A DNA stretch of 40,795 nucleotides from Octopus bimaculoides (Eukaryota). A model generated the notes under the pieces. That model searched no databases and was not told where the DNA came from. It saw nothing but the letters and a program-made list of their open reading frames with translations. Within the stretch, counting starts at the first letter, position 1. The number at the start of each line of letters is the position of its first letter. Both the position numbers and the translations under genes were made by a program. The DNA is taken from positions 3,919,558 to 3,960,352 of the forward strand of contig NC_068991.1 of NCBI RefSeq assembly GCF_001194135.2, read 5' to 3'. Shown piece after piece: positions 12,697 to 23,810 of the stretch.

Positions 12697-13088
12697 ACTT
12701 CTTTATTACTCAGGCTCAAAAAACAAGATATAGAACAATGCATGGCAATACAAGGTAAGGGTTAGATTAAAAAGCGTCTAAACAGTAAAATAATGGAAAG
12801 AAACAAAAGTATTCCAGCAGGTAATAATTCCTCAAAGAGTGACCAAGACCTTTTTTGTGAAAACACCAACAAAACCATGGACATCGTCTTCTCCCTATCT
12901 TTTTCTCTCAATCTAATGGCGCATGCTCAGATCAGGTCCATTCAGTTGGACCTTCCTTGTCACTTTCTTCCATATATCCAACAAATTTCCCGGTAGATAA
13001 CGCTTCCATCTTTACTTGCATTTTCCTTTTAAAGTGAAACTTGCAAAAAAGGTAATGAGGGCTTGGACAATGAGGAAGATGTCAGGCT
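12697..13088 (-). mobile_element. Probable 3' end of a non-LTR retrotransposon (L1/Tx1-like), truncated by the gap
   Basis: Frameshifted minus-strand peptide QALITFF/FHFKRKMQVK/WKKVTRKVQLNGPDLSMRH* (stop 12913-12915), then a ~200-nt pyrimidine-rich UTR and AATAAA (12702-12707). Clade assignment is from recollection only. Confidence 0.45.
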
Positions 13089-13410
13089 NNNNNNNNNNNN
13101 NNNNNNNNNNNNNNNNNNNNNNNNNNNNNNNNNNNNNNNNNNNNNNNNNNNNNNNNNNNNNNNNNNNNNNNNNNNNNNNNNNNNNNNNNNNNNNNNNNNN
13201 NNNNNNNNNNNNNNNNNNNNNNNNNNNNNNNNNNNNNNNNNNNNNNNNNNNNNNNNNNNNNNNNNNNNNNNNNNNNNNNNNNNNNNNNNNNNNNNNNNNN
13301 NNNNNNNNNNNNNNNNNNNNNNNNNNNNNNNNNNNNNNNNNNNNNNNNNNNNNNNNNNNNNNNNNNNNNNNNNNNNNNNNNNNNNNNNNNNNNNNNNNNN
13401 NNNNNNNNAG

Positions 13411-13525
13411 ATGGAAAGCTTTTAGTCTGGTTCACCATAAAACTCAGAGCATAGAGATCCGGAAGAAGTACCACTAAGTGTTTTGTTCGGCGCGGTAGAG
13501 ATTCTGCCAGCCAACTGCCTAAACA
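13411..13525 (-). mobile_element. Degenerate SINE-B head
   Basis: Reverse complement ggcagttggctggcagaatctctaccgcgccgaacaaaacacttagtggtacttc...ctctgagttt parallels 24521-24600. Confidence 0.65.
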
Positions 13526-13811
13526 ATAGCAAGAAAAACATCACCACCAACAACAACAACAGCAACAACAGGAGTCTATAAATATATAATGGTATTGTTC
13601 GCACTTGTCCACAAAACTCTTTCTGACGTATAAAGAAAACTGAAAATTCAATTATTTTCTTGAAATATAATTAATCTGATTCTGAATTGTTTTTATCGAT
13701 TCAGACTGAATTTTAAAAATAAATAAAGAACTTGAAAATACTAAAATCGTAAAATATCATTGTGTTACTTACGTCTTTTCTATTGATTTTATTTTGCGTA
13801 TTTAACTTCAG

Positions 13812-13847
13812 AACATTCGCAGCAAGTAGGACAGGATTATCTGTTAA
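13812..13847 (+). other. Candidate 36-nt micro-exon
   Basis: Long T-rich tract ending tttaacttcag, donor aa|gtaacc; open in two frames. Splice signals only. Confidence 0.2.
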
Positions 13848-15562
13848 GTAACCAAAGTAGTCTTTGGAACTAGTAGATATATTGACTGTGATTATGCTAT
13901 AGTGAAGAAAACTGCTTATTATATACTAATGAGTATGTAACTTTTTTTAAAAGAAATCATTAAAGTCTACACCGTTAGCAACATTTTTAAACATTTCAGT
14001 TTTAGTAAATTTTTATCAAAATGTGGTTTAGAATTTCTTTTCATTATTGAGGATGTTTTTCGTCACAAATTTTTACGTCTTGATTTCAAGTCTCTTTGAG
14101 ATCGATTTAGCCCGTCAATCCTCTGTTACCGATAGAATATAGTATCAAGGTAGTATTGGCTTCGGTGGCATCCAGAAAGAATTTTCAGGACTTACGTTTA
14201 TGCATAGTATACCAAGAAATATATTTAGAATGAAGTTTAGGTGACTTTGAATAAATATTTAGATGTCTAAATAAGGTTGAGAGGAATATTTTAGATTTTC
14301 TCTCGATACCTTTATATTGCAGTACTAACGAAATTCTCGAGTCTACCATCTTATAAGATACGAAAGTAAGCTTTTGCAGCTCGGGAACATTCATGTGACT
14401 TCTCTATTGAACGTATCGAAACCTTTCATATGACTTCTGTATTGCACGTATCGAATGCATTCATTGCCTTAAAATCTGTTAAAGAAAACCGCAATCAAAC
14501 ACGTGCACACACACGCATACATACACACTCACACAAACAAGCGTACACACACATTACCATAGATATATTTAGAAGCCTCACTCTATCTCCTTTTGTTCAT
14601 TATCACGTTGCCTTTGTATAGCTTCACAAATAAAACAGAACAAAAACCACCCAGCTTAAAAATAAATTTTAATACGTATTTACCATTGAATCCTAGTTTA
14701 CTTATAGCTATAAAGACATAAAATGTATTCATTACTTTAGATTCTACATTAGCTAACCTTGGATATAAAAAAAACACACTAAGTATAAGATACTGGAAAC
14801 TCTTTCCGTATTTGCTAACAAAAGGAAGAACGTGTACGAAGTAAGCAAACAGAGTTGATAACATCTCTGGGTTTTTTTTTAACGAAATATCGATAAAAAA
14901 ATGACAACTAACAGCAACGTATAAAAATACTCAGTGTAGAAGCATATCACATCAGCAGTGAACATAAAGGAAAATAAAATATCCAAGTCATACTGGAAGG
15001 CTTTGCTAAAAGAAACAAAACAACTTCATTACATTGGAAGGACATGAAAAAACTATTTCTACAGCTTCCACAAATGCAGACTTCTTTAGCCAAGAAAATG
15101 CGATTTCAGTATTAATCGGTTAAACAATCTTAGATAGATTACTAACAAAAATAGAATAATCCAAGTATTTGAATCTATGGAACAACGATACGGTAGTCAT
15201 TGTGTTGTCTAATAACATACAATGATAGCAATATCTCGTTTACTCTTGCACCTCAAAAGTCGGCGATTATCTCTCAAAAATATTCTGTGAATCTAACGTT
15301 CCAAAAATACATTATACGATAACTTGTGTATCATGAAACCCTGTGGATGCTATTCTCGTTTTACTGAGGATTCTTGCTGTGCAAAGAAAGACGAACCTAG
15401 AGATTTTAACTTCAACATGGTAGCTTTAACGGTGCTGAAATTTATTAATGATTCGCTCAGATTCCACCCATCATAATAGAAAATACAGTTTGAGGACGCT
15501 AACGAATGTCTAACACCGACGGCATAAATATAATTTAGAAGAACGTGAACGAGTAATCCGTG

Positions 15563-15619
15563 AACTAGTGAACAGCTAATAACTAGTGAACAGCTAATAA
15601 CAAGTGAACAACTAATAAC
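15563..15619. repeat. 18-bp minisatellite x3 (aactagtgaacagctaat)
   Basis: Two exact copies plus one with 2 substitutions. Confidence 0.95.
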
Positions 15620-15621
15620 GC

Positions 15622-16362
15622 TTGAAAACGAAACATAACGAAAAAAAAAAGAACAGGATAAAACTTAATATTTACGGTGAGAGTTCGAGTCTATCTGGCT
15701 TCTTATTACGTTTATACCAATCTCTAAATTATATGCTTCAAATAAATATTATTCTTTTACCTGTTTTATTTAACTTCTTACATTACTTTGATGAAGGATT
15801 CACTCATAAAGTCAGCCTAGTTATTTTTATTTTCTTCTTTACGGCATACTATTCATTATGGACGACATTTATTGTTACTTTTCGTCTGTACATTTTATCC
15901 ATCACTTTTGTTTCGAAGTTTTCTCAAAGTTGTGTAACCTCTCAGGTTATCCATCTGATCGTCTCTTATCTCCCTTGTTCCGTTTATGCAATTTCATCCA
16001 TCTTAATTAAATGGGCCGAATAGAAATCTAACAATAAACTAGCATACGAAACTTTAAAATCAAACAACTGCATCGAAAACGGTGCAGGATGTGTCATGTA
16101 CCACCTCGATTATAGGGTTTGTATTAAATTGTGAAATCCTAATGTCCTTATGTCTTTCAGAGTGAATAAATATCTGGAATTATTGCTTCTCACAGGCGCA
16201 GTCATTGGAGTTTCTATCTTTATCTATCATTGCATAAAGTGCAGCAATCTATAAAACCTTTCGTTATGGATTCTCAGCAACATTTCCCTGGGTTGCAGAA
16301 ACCAGCAACACATCAGTATCACAGAGATAAATTCGCTTATGTATTTGACTGGTACTTTATTA

Positions 16363-16363
<1 letters not shown>
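15622..16363 (+). pseudogene. Stop-depleted hydrophobic reading frame; possible decayed class A GPCR-like gene
   Basis: One frame has only 3 stops in ~247 codons (16021, 16132, 16252) and four hydrophobic blocks; FFTAYYSLWTTFIVTFRLYI loosely resembles TM3 of peptide-receptor-like GPCRs, but no DRY motif is present. Confidence 0.3.
16161..16254 (+). CDS. Candidate terminal coding exon with a transmembrane segment (alternative reading of the same region)
   Basis: cctaat branch-like site 18 nt upstream of the acceptor tgtctttcag; encodes VNKYLELLLLTGAVIGVSIFIYHCIKCSNL*; AATAAA at 16554-16559. Confidence 0.3.
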
Positions 16364-16411
<48 letters not shown>

Positions 16412-16412
16412 G

Positions 16413-16462
<50 letters not shown>
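16364..16462. repeat. (ATCT)n microsatellite
   Basis: Direct reading. Confidence 0.97.
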
Positions 16463-16463
<1 letters not shown>

Positions 16464-16584
16464 CAACTGTCTGTTTATTTAATCGTTATATATCCGTTAT
16501 ATCTGCATAGTGACAAAAATCAAAACAAACAAAAAGGCTACGTCAACATACGTAATAAAAAGTCGACAATCACTATATCTATTA

Positions 16585-16765
16585 TCTTTCATAATTTACT
16601 TGTTTCAGCAATTAGACTGCGGCCATGCTTGGGCACCACCTTGAAAAATGTTTTGCTTCGGTCGAATGTATCGAGTCCCATACTTGTGTGCTTTAAAGGG
16701 TTGTGCTTATTGTATCGGGCTCTTTTGCCGAATCGCTAAGTGAACATACCAATACTGGTTGTCAA
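16585..16765 (-). mobile_element. SINE-C 3' half (interrupted copy)
   Basis: ttacttgtttcagcaattagactgcggccatgcttgggcaccaccttgaa...tcttttgccgaatcgctaag...ggttgtcaa; reverse complement of the tail at 61-155 and of the post-microsatellite segment at 26110-26183. Confidence 0.8.
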
Positions 16766-17912
16766 AACAGCCGCTGTGTAGGGAAATTTGCAAGATCAAA
16801 CACTGTTGTGGCCGTGCAACGTGCTTTCAGACACAAGTATCATATGATTCCAGCAACACCCAAGTCCATTCGGAAATAGTAGAACGATTCTGGTCAGAAA
16901 AGGTGTATCTGTGATAAAAGAAAGGGACATTCTGGTCGACCATCAGTCTCAGAGGAAGTTATTGATCGAGTTAGAAGAAAATTCGTGCACAGCCCCAAAA
17001 AGTCAATACGAAGAACTAGCCAAGAGTTACACCTCCCCAAAAACCACAGTTTGCAAGATCCTATACAAACACTTAAAATTTCACCCTTACAAGCTGCAAT
17101 TAATCCAAAACTCCACCCGAAAGATAATGGAATGGGATCTGGATTTTGTGAGAATATCCAGGAATTAATGGAAGATAATGATAGCCTGCTGTCAGAAATC
17201 AGTTTCATTTGAACAGCAAAGTCAATAGGCATAATGTGCGGATGTGGGGGCTTGAAGATACGCACGCTACTCAAGAAATTGAGCGACACTCACCAAAAGT
17301 TAATGTATTTTGTGCCGTATCAGTGAGGATAATATATGGCTGTTTTTTCTTTGAGGGAGGAAATGTTTCTGGTCAAAGTTACCAGAAGAAGCTGACTAAT
17401 TGGATGTTTCCACAACTAGCTGCTGAGGGCGATGACTACCTTTACCCGCAAGATGGTACTCCACCACACTGATATCTCGCTGTCAAGAGATTTCTCACTG
17501 AGCATTTGTCAAACAGATGGATTGGTCGTGCTGGAGGAGATGATCAGGTGTTCTGCACATGATCTGAGAGGTCACGGGACCTAACTGTTTGTGACTTCTT
17601 TCTTTGAAGTTACGTGAAGAGCACAGTTTGTGTACCACCGTAACCTGCAGCTCTGGAGGAGCTGAAAACTTCGTTCACTGAAGCAGTTCACATGGTAACT
17701 CCAGATATGCTGCAGAGCATCTGGAGTGAACTGGATTGTCGCATCGATGTTTCCTGAGCAAATAGAGGGATGCACATTGAGCACCTTTAAAGATACCTTC
17801 TACCACATGAAACTGAATGAAATCCTGCATCTGAAGCTACTAACTATGAAAGATTATCACAATAAATTTACATATCTGTTTGAAATTAGGCAGTGTTTTT
17901 GTGCACACCCTT
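16766..17912 (+). mobile_element. Decayed Tc1/mariner element, DD41D (rosa/Visitor-type) transposase pseudogene; left TIR missing
   Basis: Frames give VVAVQRAFRHKY...GRPSVSEEVIDRVR...SPKKSIRR...HPYKLQL; KVNRHNVRMWG; QDGTPPH...41 residues...RSRDLTVCDFFL*SYVK; C-terminal HIEHL* (stop 17788-17790). Right end cagtgtttttgtgcacaccctt is followed by TA. The first catalytic D segment is deleted. Confidence 0.92.
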
Positions 17913-17914
17913 TA

Positions 17915-18074
17915 TATGACGGGTCTTTCCCACTTTCCGTCTATTAAATACATTGAAGATGTTTTGTTCGGCCAGAGGCCAACCAAAACACTTTTCCAAT
18001 GTGCCACACTGTGGCACTGAACCCGGACCCGTGTGGTTGGAAGCAAACTTTTACCACACAGCCACCCCTGTGCC
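17915..18074 (-). mobile_element. SINE-C 5' half (interrupted copy)
   Basis: gacgggtctttcccactttccgtcta...gtgccacactgtggcactgaacccggacccgtgtggttgg...accacacagccac; reverse complement of 31752-31901. Confidence 0.85.
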
Positions 18075-18434
18075 AATATATAACAATCTTTGGTCGATAT
18101 ACTATATAATTACTTAACACTCTTGACCAAACCGTTGGAGACCAACAAAAAGCTCACAGATGTTTATTATATGGAGCAATCAACTAAATAATATATATAA
18201 TTATTTCAATTTAATTCCAATATAATATAGACAGCTGCTGCTGCAAACAATGGAGAAATACCTTTTCATTTTACTATTTAACTTAACATGGGAATTCTAA
18301 TCTTCTCTTATGTTTATACAAAGCACACACATTATTAATGATAACAAACGATTCGTCACCGAATTGGTAATCACAATCTACAGTCCATTGCTTTAAAAGG
18401 ACACAAATAAATGAAACACGGCACGCCACTCATG

Positions 18435-18436
<2 letters not shown>

Positions 18437-18508
<72 letters not shown>
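18437..18508. repeat. (TA)n microsatellite
   Basis: Direct reading. Confidence 0.97.
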
Positions 18509-18511
<3 letters not shown>

Positions 18512-18768
18512 CTCTCTATATGTATATATATGTATGTATATATGTGTATATATGTATATATATATGTGTGTGTGTGTATCTATATATGTTTATATTTATT
18601 TATACACATGTATGTATATATGCACATATATACATATATATGCAGTAATGTTTGCTGTTACAACAAGTTATATATGAAACCGATTTAACATTAAACTGAA
18701 GAATTACTCAATACTTTTTAATAGTCTACATGGTAATTGAAACTATTACAAGAATTACAAGTGATCTC

Positions 18769-18832
18769 GAAATTTCAGCTTGCTAGCCTTCGTCAAACTG
18801 TACTGTCTGATGAAGGTAATTCGAAAACATTC
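18769..18832. other. Back-to-back degenerate hammerhead-ribozyme-like cores (Penelope pLTR-like)
   Basis: Plus strand: CTGATGAA-GGTAATTC-GAAA (18807-18826). Minus strand: TTGACGAA-GGCT-AGCA-AGCT-GAAATTTC (18796-18769). Stem I was not found. Confidence 0.35.
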
Positions 18833-19887
18833 TTGATATCTTCAGACTACTGAAAAGAGATAGTATAGACGATTATTAACTATATAATAAAATAGAAAAT
18901 TAATAATATTATAAACTATGGTCTACTGTCTTGCCATGCTGTAGGGGAGTGATTGCTCCCTTACTCAATTGATAATGGACACAGGTTGTGTGTCGTTAAC
19001 CAGCTGGAAAAAACGTTTTCTTCGGGTTAAAATGTGGTAATGTAGTTCTTTATAGAACACCCATGTTATTGTGGCTTGTCCTAATTGTTGTTTCCCCTGT
19101 TCGCCATTGTATCGTCTATCTATCCGGATGTTTTATTGCGTTTCTGTTCCATTTATACATATATCTGTGTGTGACTTAAAACAGGAATTCACTTAGGGTG
19201 ACTTAACAAATTGAGAAATAGTCGTCAATAAAATATGCAACACACAAATACAGGAGGTGGACGAAAAACAAGTGAAACCTTTGAAGGTGATGTATATATA
19301 ACATAACACCACTCCAGTAACTGTTTGCAGTGAGATAAAACATAGATGTCATTCAGGACATGTTTGAACGATGATGGCAACTCGCGTAAATATCACCATC
19401 AATGATACCCTCCCCGTGAATATGTATTATATATATGTGTATATATATATATATGTGTATATATATATATATAATAACTTTTATCAAGATTATAATAAAA
19501 CATCAGTTGTTACCACATTATTATCATTATCGTCAATATCCTTTCAGGGGAATAATATCAAGTAGCTGCTTCGAATACTAACAGTTCAATAAAGGTATTA
19601 TCAATGTTTGTCTCACACTGACAGCTGCATCAGATAGTGACGTGAAGACACGTTCTATGAATCTATGTAGGACTGTATGCACACACACACACACACACAC
19701 ACACATACATACATACATACATACATGCATACACACACACGGACGCAGACACCCACATATGTATATAGTTGTGCGTATGAGCGTTAAACTAATACATCTA
19801 TTTGTTGTTTACACACCCGTCTTTGTCTTTTTTTGTTTCTTTTTTGTAAATTCCAACTATATATATGTGTATATATATGTATATGTA

Positions 19888-19919
<32 letters not shown>

Positions 19920-20809
19920 NNNNNNNNNNNNNNNNNNNNNNNNNNNNNNNNNNNNNNNNNNNNNNNNNNNNNNNNNNNNNNNNNNNNNNNNNNNNNNNNN
20001 NNNNNNNNNNNNNNNNNNNNNNNNNNNNNNNNNNNNNNNNNNNNNNNNNNNNNNNNNNNNNNNNNNNNNNNNNNNNNNNNNNNNNNNNNNNNNNNNNNNN
20101 NNNNNNNNNNNNNNNNNNNNNNNNNNNNNNNNNNNNNNNNNNNNNNNNNNNNNNNNNNNNNNNNNNNNNNNNNNNNNNNNNNNNNNNNNNNNNNNNNNNN
20201 NNNNNNNNNNNNNNNNNNNNNNNNNNNNNNNNNNNNNNNNNNNNNNNNNNNNNNNNATATATATGTATATGTATATATATATATACATATGTTTACATAT
20301 ATGTGCGCGCGTGTGTGTGTGTGTGTGTGAGTAAGCGTGTGTATATATTGAGAGATGTGATACACATCTTATATAACATTCTTTGAAGTTCGTTCTGTGG
20401 ACTGCCATTTACAATAGCCTTTCTATCTCTTGCGGCATGGACAATATTTATGGCTATATACATTATATATGCGCACAAACACATGGACCCACACATATAT
20501 AATATCCAGTGTGTCGCAGTAAATACGTTCCTATGTTACAACAATGCATATATTATGTGTGTATGCGTTTGTGTGTGTTTATTTGTATGCATAACAGTTT
20601 TGTTTATAAGCACTGTCGATGTCGCAAGAAATAACTAGAGTTTTGCTAATCAGAAACTCAGCTGACTTCAAAGGATTATATACGTTATTCACACACACAC
20701 GCACGCACGTATACATACACACACACACACACACACACATACACGCACACTCCTGCATACCTCCTCACGTGAAAACACACAGACTCATATACTCACACAT
20801 ACACACATG

Positions 20810-20841
<32 letters not shown>

Positions 20842-21340
20842 CCAAATATACATGTGTATATATGTGTGTATGTGCGTGTCTGGTGTGTATTAGCGTGCGT
20901 TTGTATATGTTATAAAGCTTTTGATCTATACACGTATAATGAAGCGAATGATGAAGATACAGATCTTATATATTTTTTAAAGAAAATGTTCCCCCCTCTT
21001 TTGCCCCTTTATGTCGTGTTTAGAACAATAGATATTTGTAGATCATGCAAACGTTTCGAGACAATCCCTGTATTGTCTAGATAAAACGTTCTTGGTAGAA
21101 GAAGGATTTGGTATTACCATCTTGTTTAAACGTGTGAATCGTGTTCGGCCTTTTCATTTAAAATACCTAGATTCTTTTTTCCCTTAACATCAATCGGAAA
21201 ATAGTTTGGTTGTGCTCTGTGCTTTAGTTTGTTTTTCGACAACTGTTTCTGTCGTAATATAGGTTTTTATTATAAATAAAGATTTCCACTCATTCGTTTA
21301 TTTTGTTCTTATTGCTTTTGCATATCATACTGGTCTCATA

Positions 21341-21548
21341 TATTGGTACATGACCAGCGATTTTGAGTTAGAGCCCTAGTCGATTACATCGACCTCCGTG
21401 TTCAACTAATACTTATTTTATCGCCCCCGAAAGGTATAAACGGTAAAGTAGACTTCATTTGGAATTGTAACTTAAAACGTAAAACGAAAAAACGGCCGAA
21501 ATGCCGCTAAGCAATTTGCCTGGCGCGGTAACGATTTTGTCTTTTCGC
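21341..21548 (-). mobile_element. SINE-B
   Basis: agtcgattacatcgacc...acttattttatcgcccccgaaagg...gaaatgccgctaagcaatttgcctggcgcggtaacgatt. Confidence 0.8.
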
Positions 21549-23049
21549 AGCCTTTTTTTTTGCCTGTTATATTAACAGTTGCATAGATGTTTTTAGAAGT
21601 AACGTTTTTATATCTAATTCTTGTTTTGCTTTTATATTACTTTCCAGTAGAGCTGGAAAGTTGTATAAAATACTCCAAGTTATGACAAAATTGTTCTTGC
21701 AGATAATAAAATCTAATACAGCATTATTTGATGTCACCTTTCCTTTAAGGAAAATACTAGGACATAATATGTACGCCCGGTATAAGGAAACCGAAAACGG
21801 GTCGTGAATTTCGTTCGTAGTAAAGACTATACGTGTCCCACAATACGCACCCCTTCGCAGGTTACAACTCACTGGAAATACTTAATTTATGTATAGGAAC
21901 TTTCTCTCTTCTTTCTCATTCTATTGCTGAACTACAAATAATCTATAAAGAATTCATATTTCTTGTGCTATGTTTTCTAAACTAGTTATTTCATGCTGAT
22001 AATTTCTAATAAGAATGAAATGGCGCTATATATAATGACTCCCGACATGAAATTTTATAATCATTGTAATGACTGTAATGACTAAGCAAATATGAAAACA
22101 GAAAAAGCTTAAATATATATATACTATGTACCTTCTTCATTGTTCTTCGATTTATAATTCAAATTTCTAATTCTGCCGAAATTTGTTTTGAAATGATTAT
22201 CTCCTTTACAATAACTGTCTGCCGGATAACACCAGTTGTTTGAAATACGTGGGTATAATTTGATGGTGATTTTGCAACTCTCTCTAGATGTTAGATGCAT
22301 AATGAACAACAACAGAGAGACTTTTATCAAGATGCTAGATACATGCCGAGCAACCGCAAATACTTTTTCCTTCATCCATATAAATTCTCTTTCATCATGT
22401 TATGCAATGGAACTATTTGCGAGATTCATGTTCATCCTATCATATTCCGATGTCTAATCTAACGACTACTCATGAAGTTTGCTACTTCCATGTTTGTATA
22501 CGAATTTCTAAATTATATTACTAATATAAATGTATTCAACAACTTGCGTGATTCCGAAATGGTTTTTACCGTATATTTTTTTTTCTTTGCCTTATAATAT
22601 ATTATTCAAGCTAATTTTTGATTGTGTGTGATGCATGTTGTGTTCAGCTTGATCAGTCTGTGCAATAACATGTTGATCTAATTCAAAGCTAGGGTTCATT
22701 CGGTTCGTTCGCTTCATGCAATATACTTAATGCGTGGCTGTTTAGTTTTACTAGAGGGGGGTATCTCTTGCATTTATTGCTTTCAATGTATTTTCTTTGT
22801 TTTCTAAAGTTTCGTCTACTAAATTATGTGCATTATTGAGTGGCAGTTGTGTCATTCCCTTAATTTCATTTTATTTTCCTGCACTTGTGGAGTGAAATAA
22901 CATAAAAAGGATAAAACTAATACAAAGCATTTTCAACCTAGGGATTTTATAAATTACATTTTATATCTGTGTTGACATTAACTGTCTCTACGCATGCGTA
23001 GACATTTATTGTTTTGCTTTTAGTGTTAACAGATGTGATATATGTATTG

Positions 23050-23410
23050 GTTATTATTCCGCCGTTTACACTTACAAATGGTGGTTGTTGAGTCGCCTGA
23101 ATATTTATCTAAACTAGGTTAGCTATTAGCATGTAGCATAGAGTGATTTTACAGTTTGTTCGCTTGTTCTTGTGTGTCAGTTACAATGAATATATCATGC
23201 ACGTATAAGGTGTAAATTGCAAGTTTGTATTTTGCAATGAATTTTACGACTCCAGACTCCATGCGGTTTTGAGCAGAGAACTCATTAAGAATATTTGTTG
23301 AATAGTTGTTGATTAACTCCAGCTTGCCTTTCAGAGAGAAAACCAACTACCAAATATTCCATTCATGGCAATCCAGTTTAGTTTGAGTATTGAATATTGA
23401 ATTGCATGTG
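23050..23410 (-). mobile_element. Penelope-like element reverse transcriptase remnant
   Basis: QFNIQYSN*TGLP followed by MESGVVKFIAKYKLAIYTLYVHDIFIVTDTQEQANKL; YVHD (23194-23205) occupies the YVDD position. Confidence 0.6.
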
Positions 23411-23507
23411 ATTTGAAAAATATTTAGCTGCTATTTCTAGATGGTCATTCAACGCCAAATAGGCTCCCTTGTCATCACATTTGCAAATAGTTTGCTGGTG
23501 CTGTGTA

Positions 23508-23602
23508 TAGGCGCAGGCGTGGCTGCATGGTAGGAAGCTTGCTTCCCAGCCACATGGTTCTGGGTTCAGTTTCACCGGATGGCAACTTGGATGAGTGTCT
23601 TC
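23508..23602 (+). mobile_element. SINE-C head, 3'-truncated
   Basis: aggcgcaggcgtggctgcatggtaggaagcttgcttcccagccacatggttctgggttcagt...gagtgtcttc. Confidence 0.85.
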
Positions 23603-23680
23603 AAAGACAATCGCCTTTGAAGATGGAGCAATAATCTATCCCTGGACGGGGTTAGTTGCAGGATTACTCTTTGATTCTAG

Positions 23681-23810
23681 CTGAGCTGACTGGAGCGACG
23701 TGTAATGAAGTGTTTTTTTTTTCTCATGAAAGACAAAGCATCGCCCAGTCCTGGAATCGAAACTAGCGTCTTACTATCGTGAATGCAGCATACTAAGCCA
23801 TGTGCCTCCA
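23681..23810 (-). mobile_element. SINE-A head fragment
   Basis: Reverse complement: tggcttagt...gtttcgattccagg...ttcattacacgtcgctccagtcagctcag. Confidence 0.6.

Noticed and set aside
14990-15470. Scattered peptides vaguely like CR1/Jockey RT (TLAPQKSAIISQK; KKDEPRDFNFNMVALT)
   Set aside because: Too few identities across different frames to support by eye.
19548-19594. AG...GT-bounded 47-nt candidate exon
   Set aside because: Stops in all three frames; no other support.
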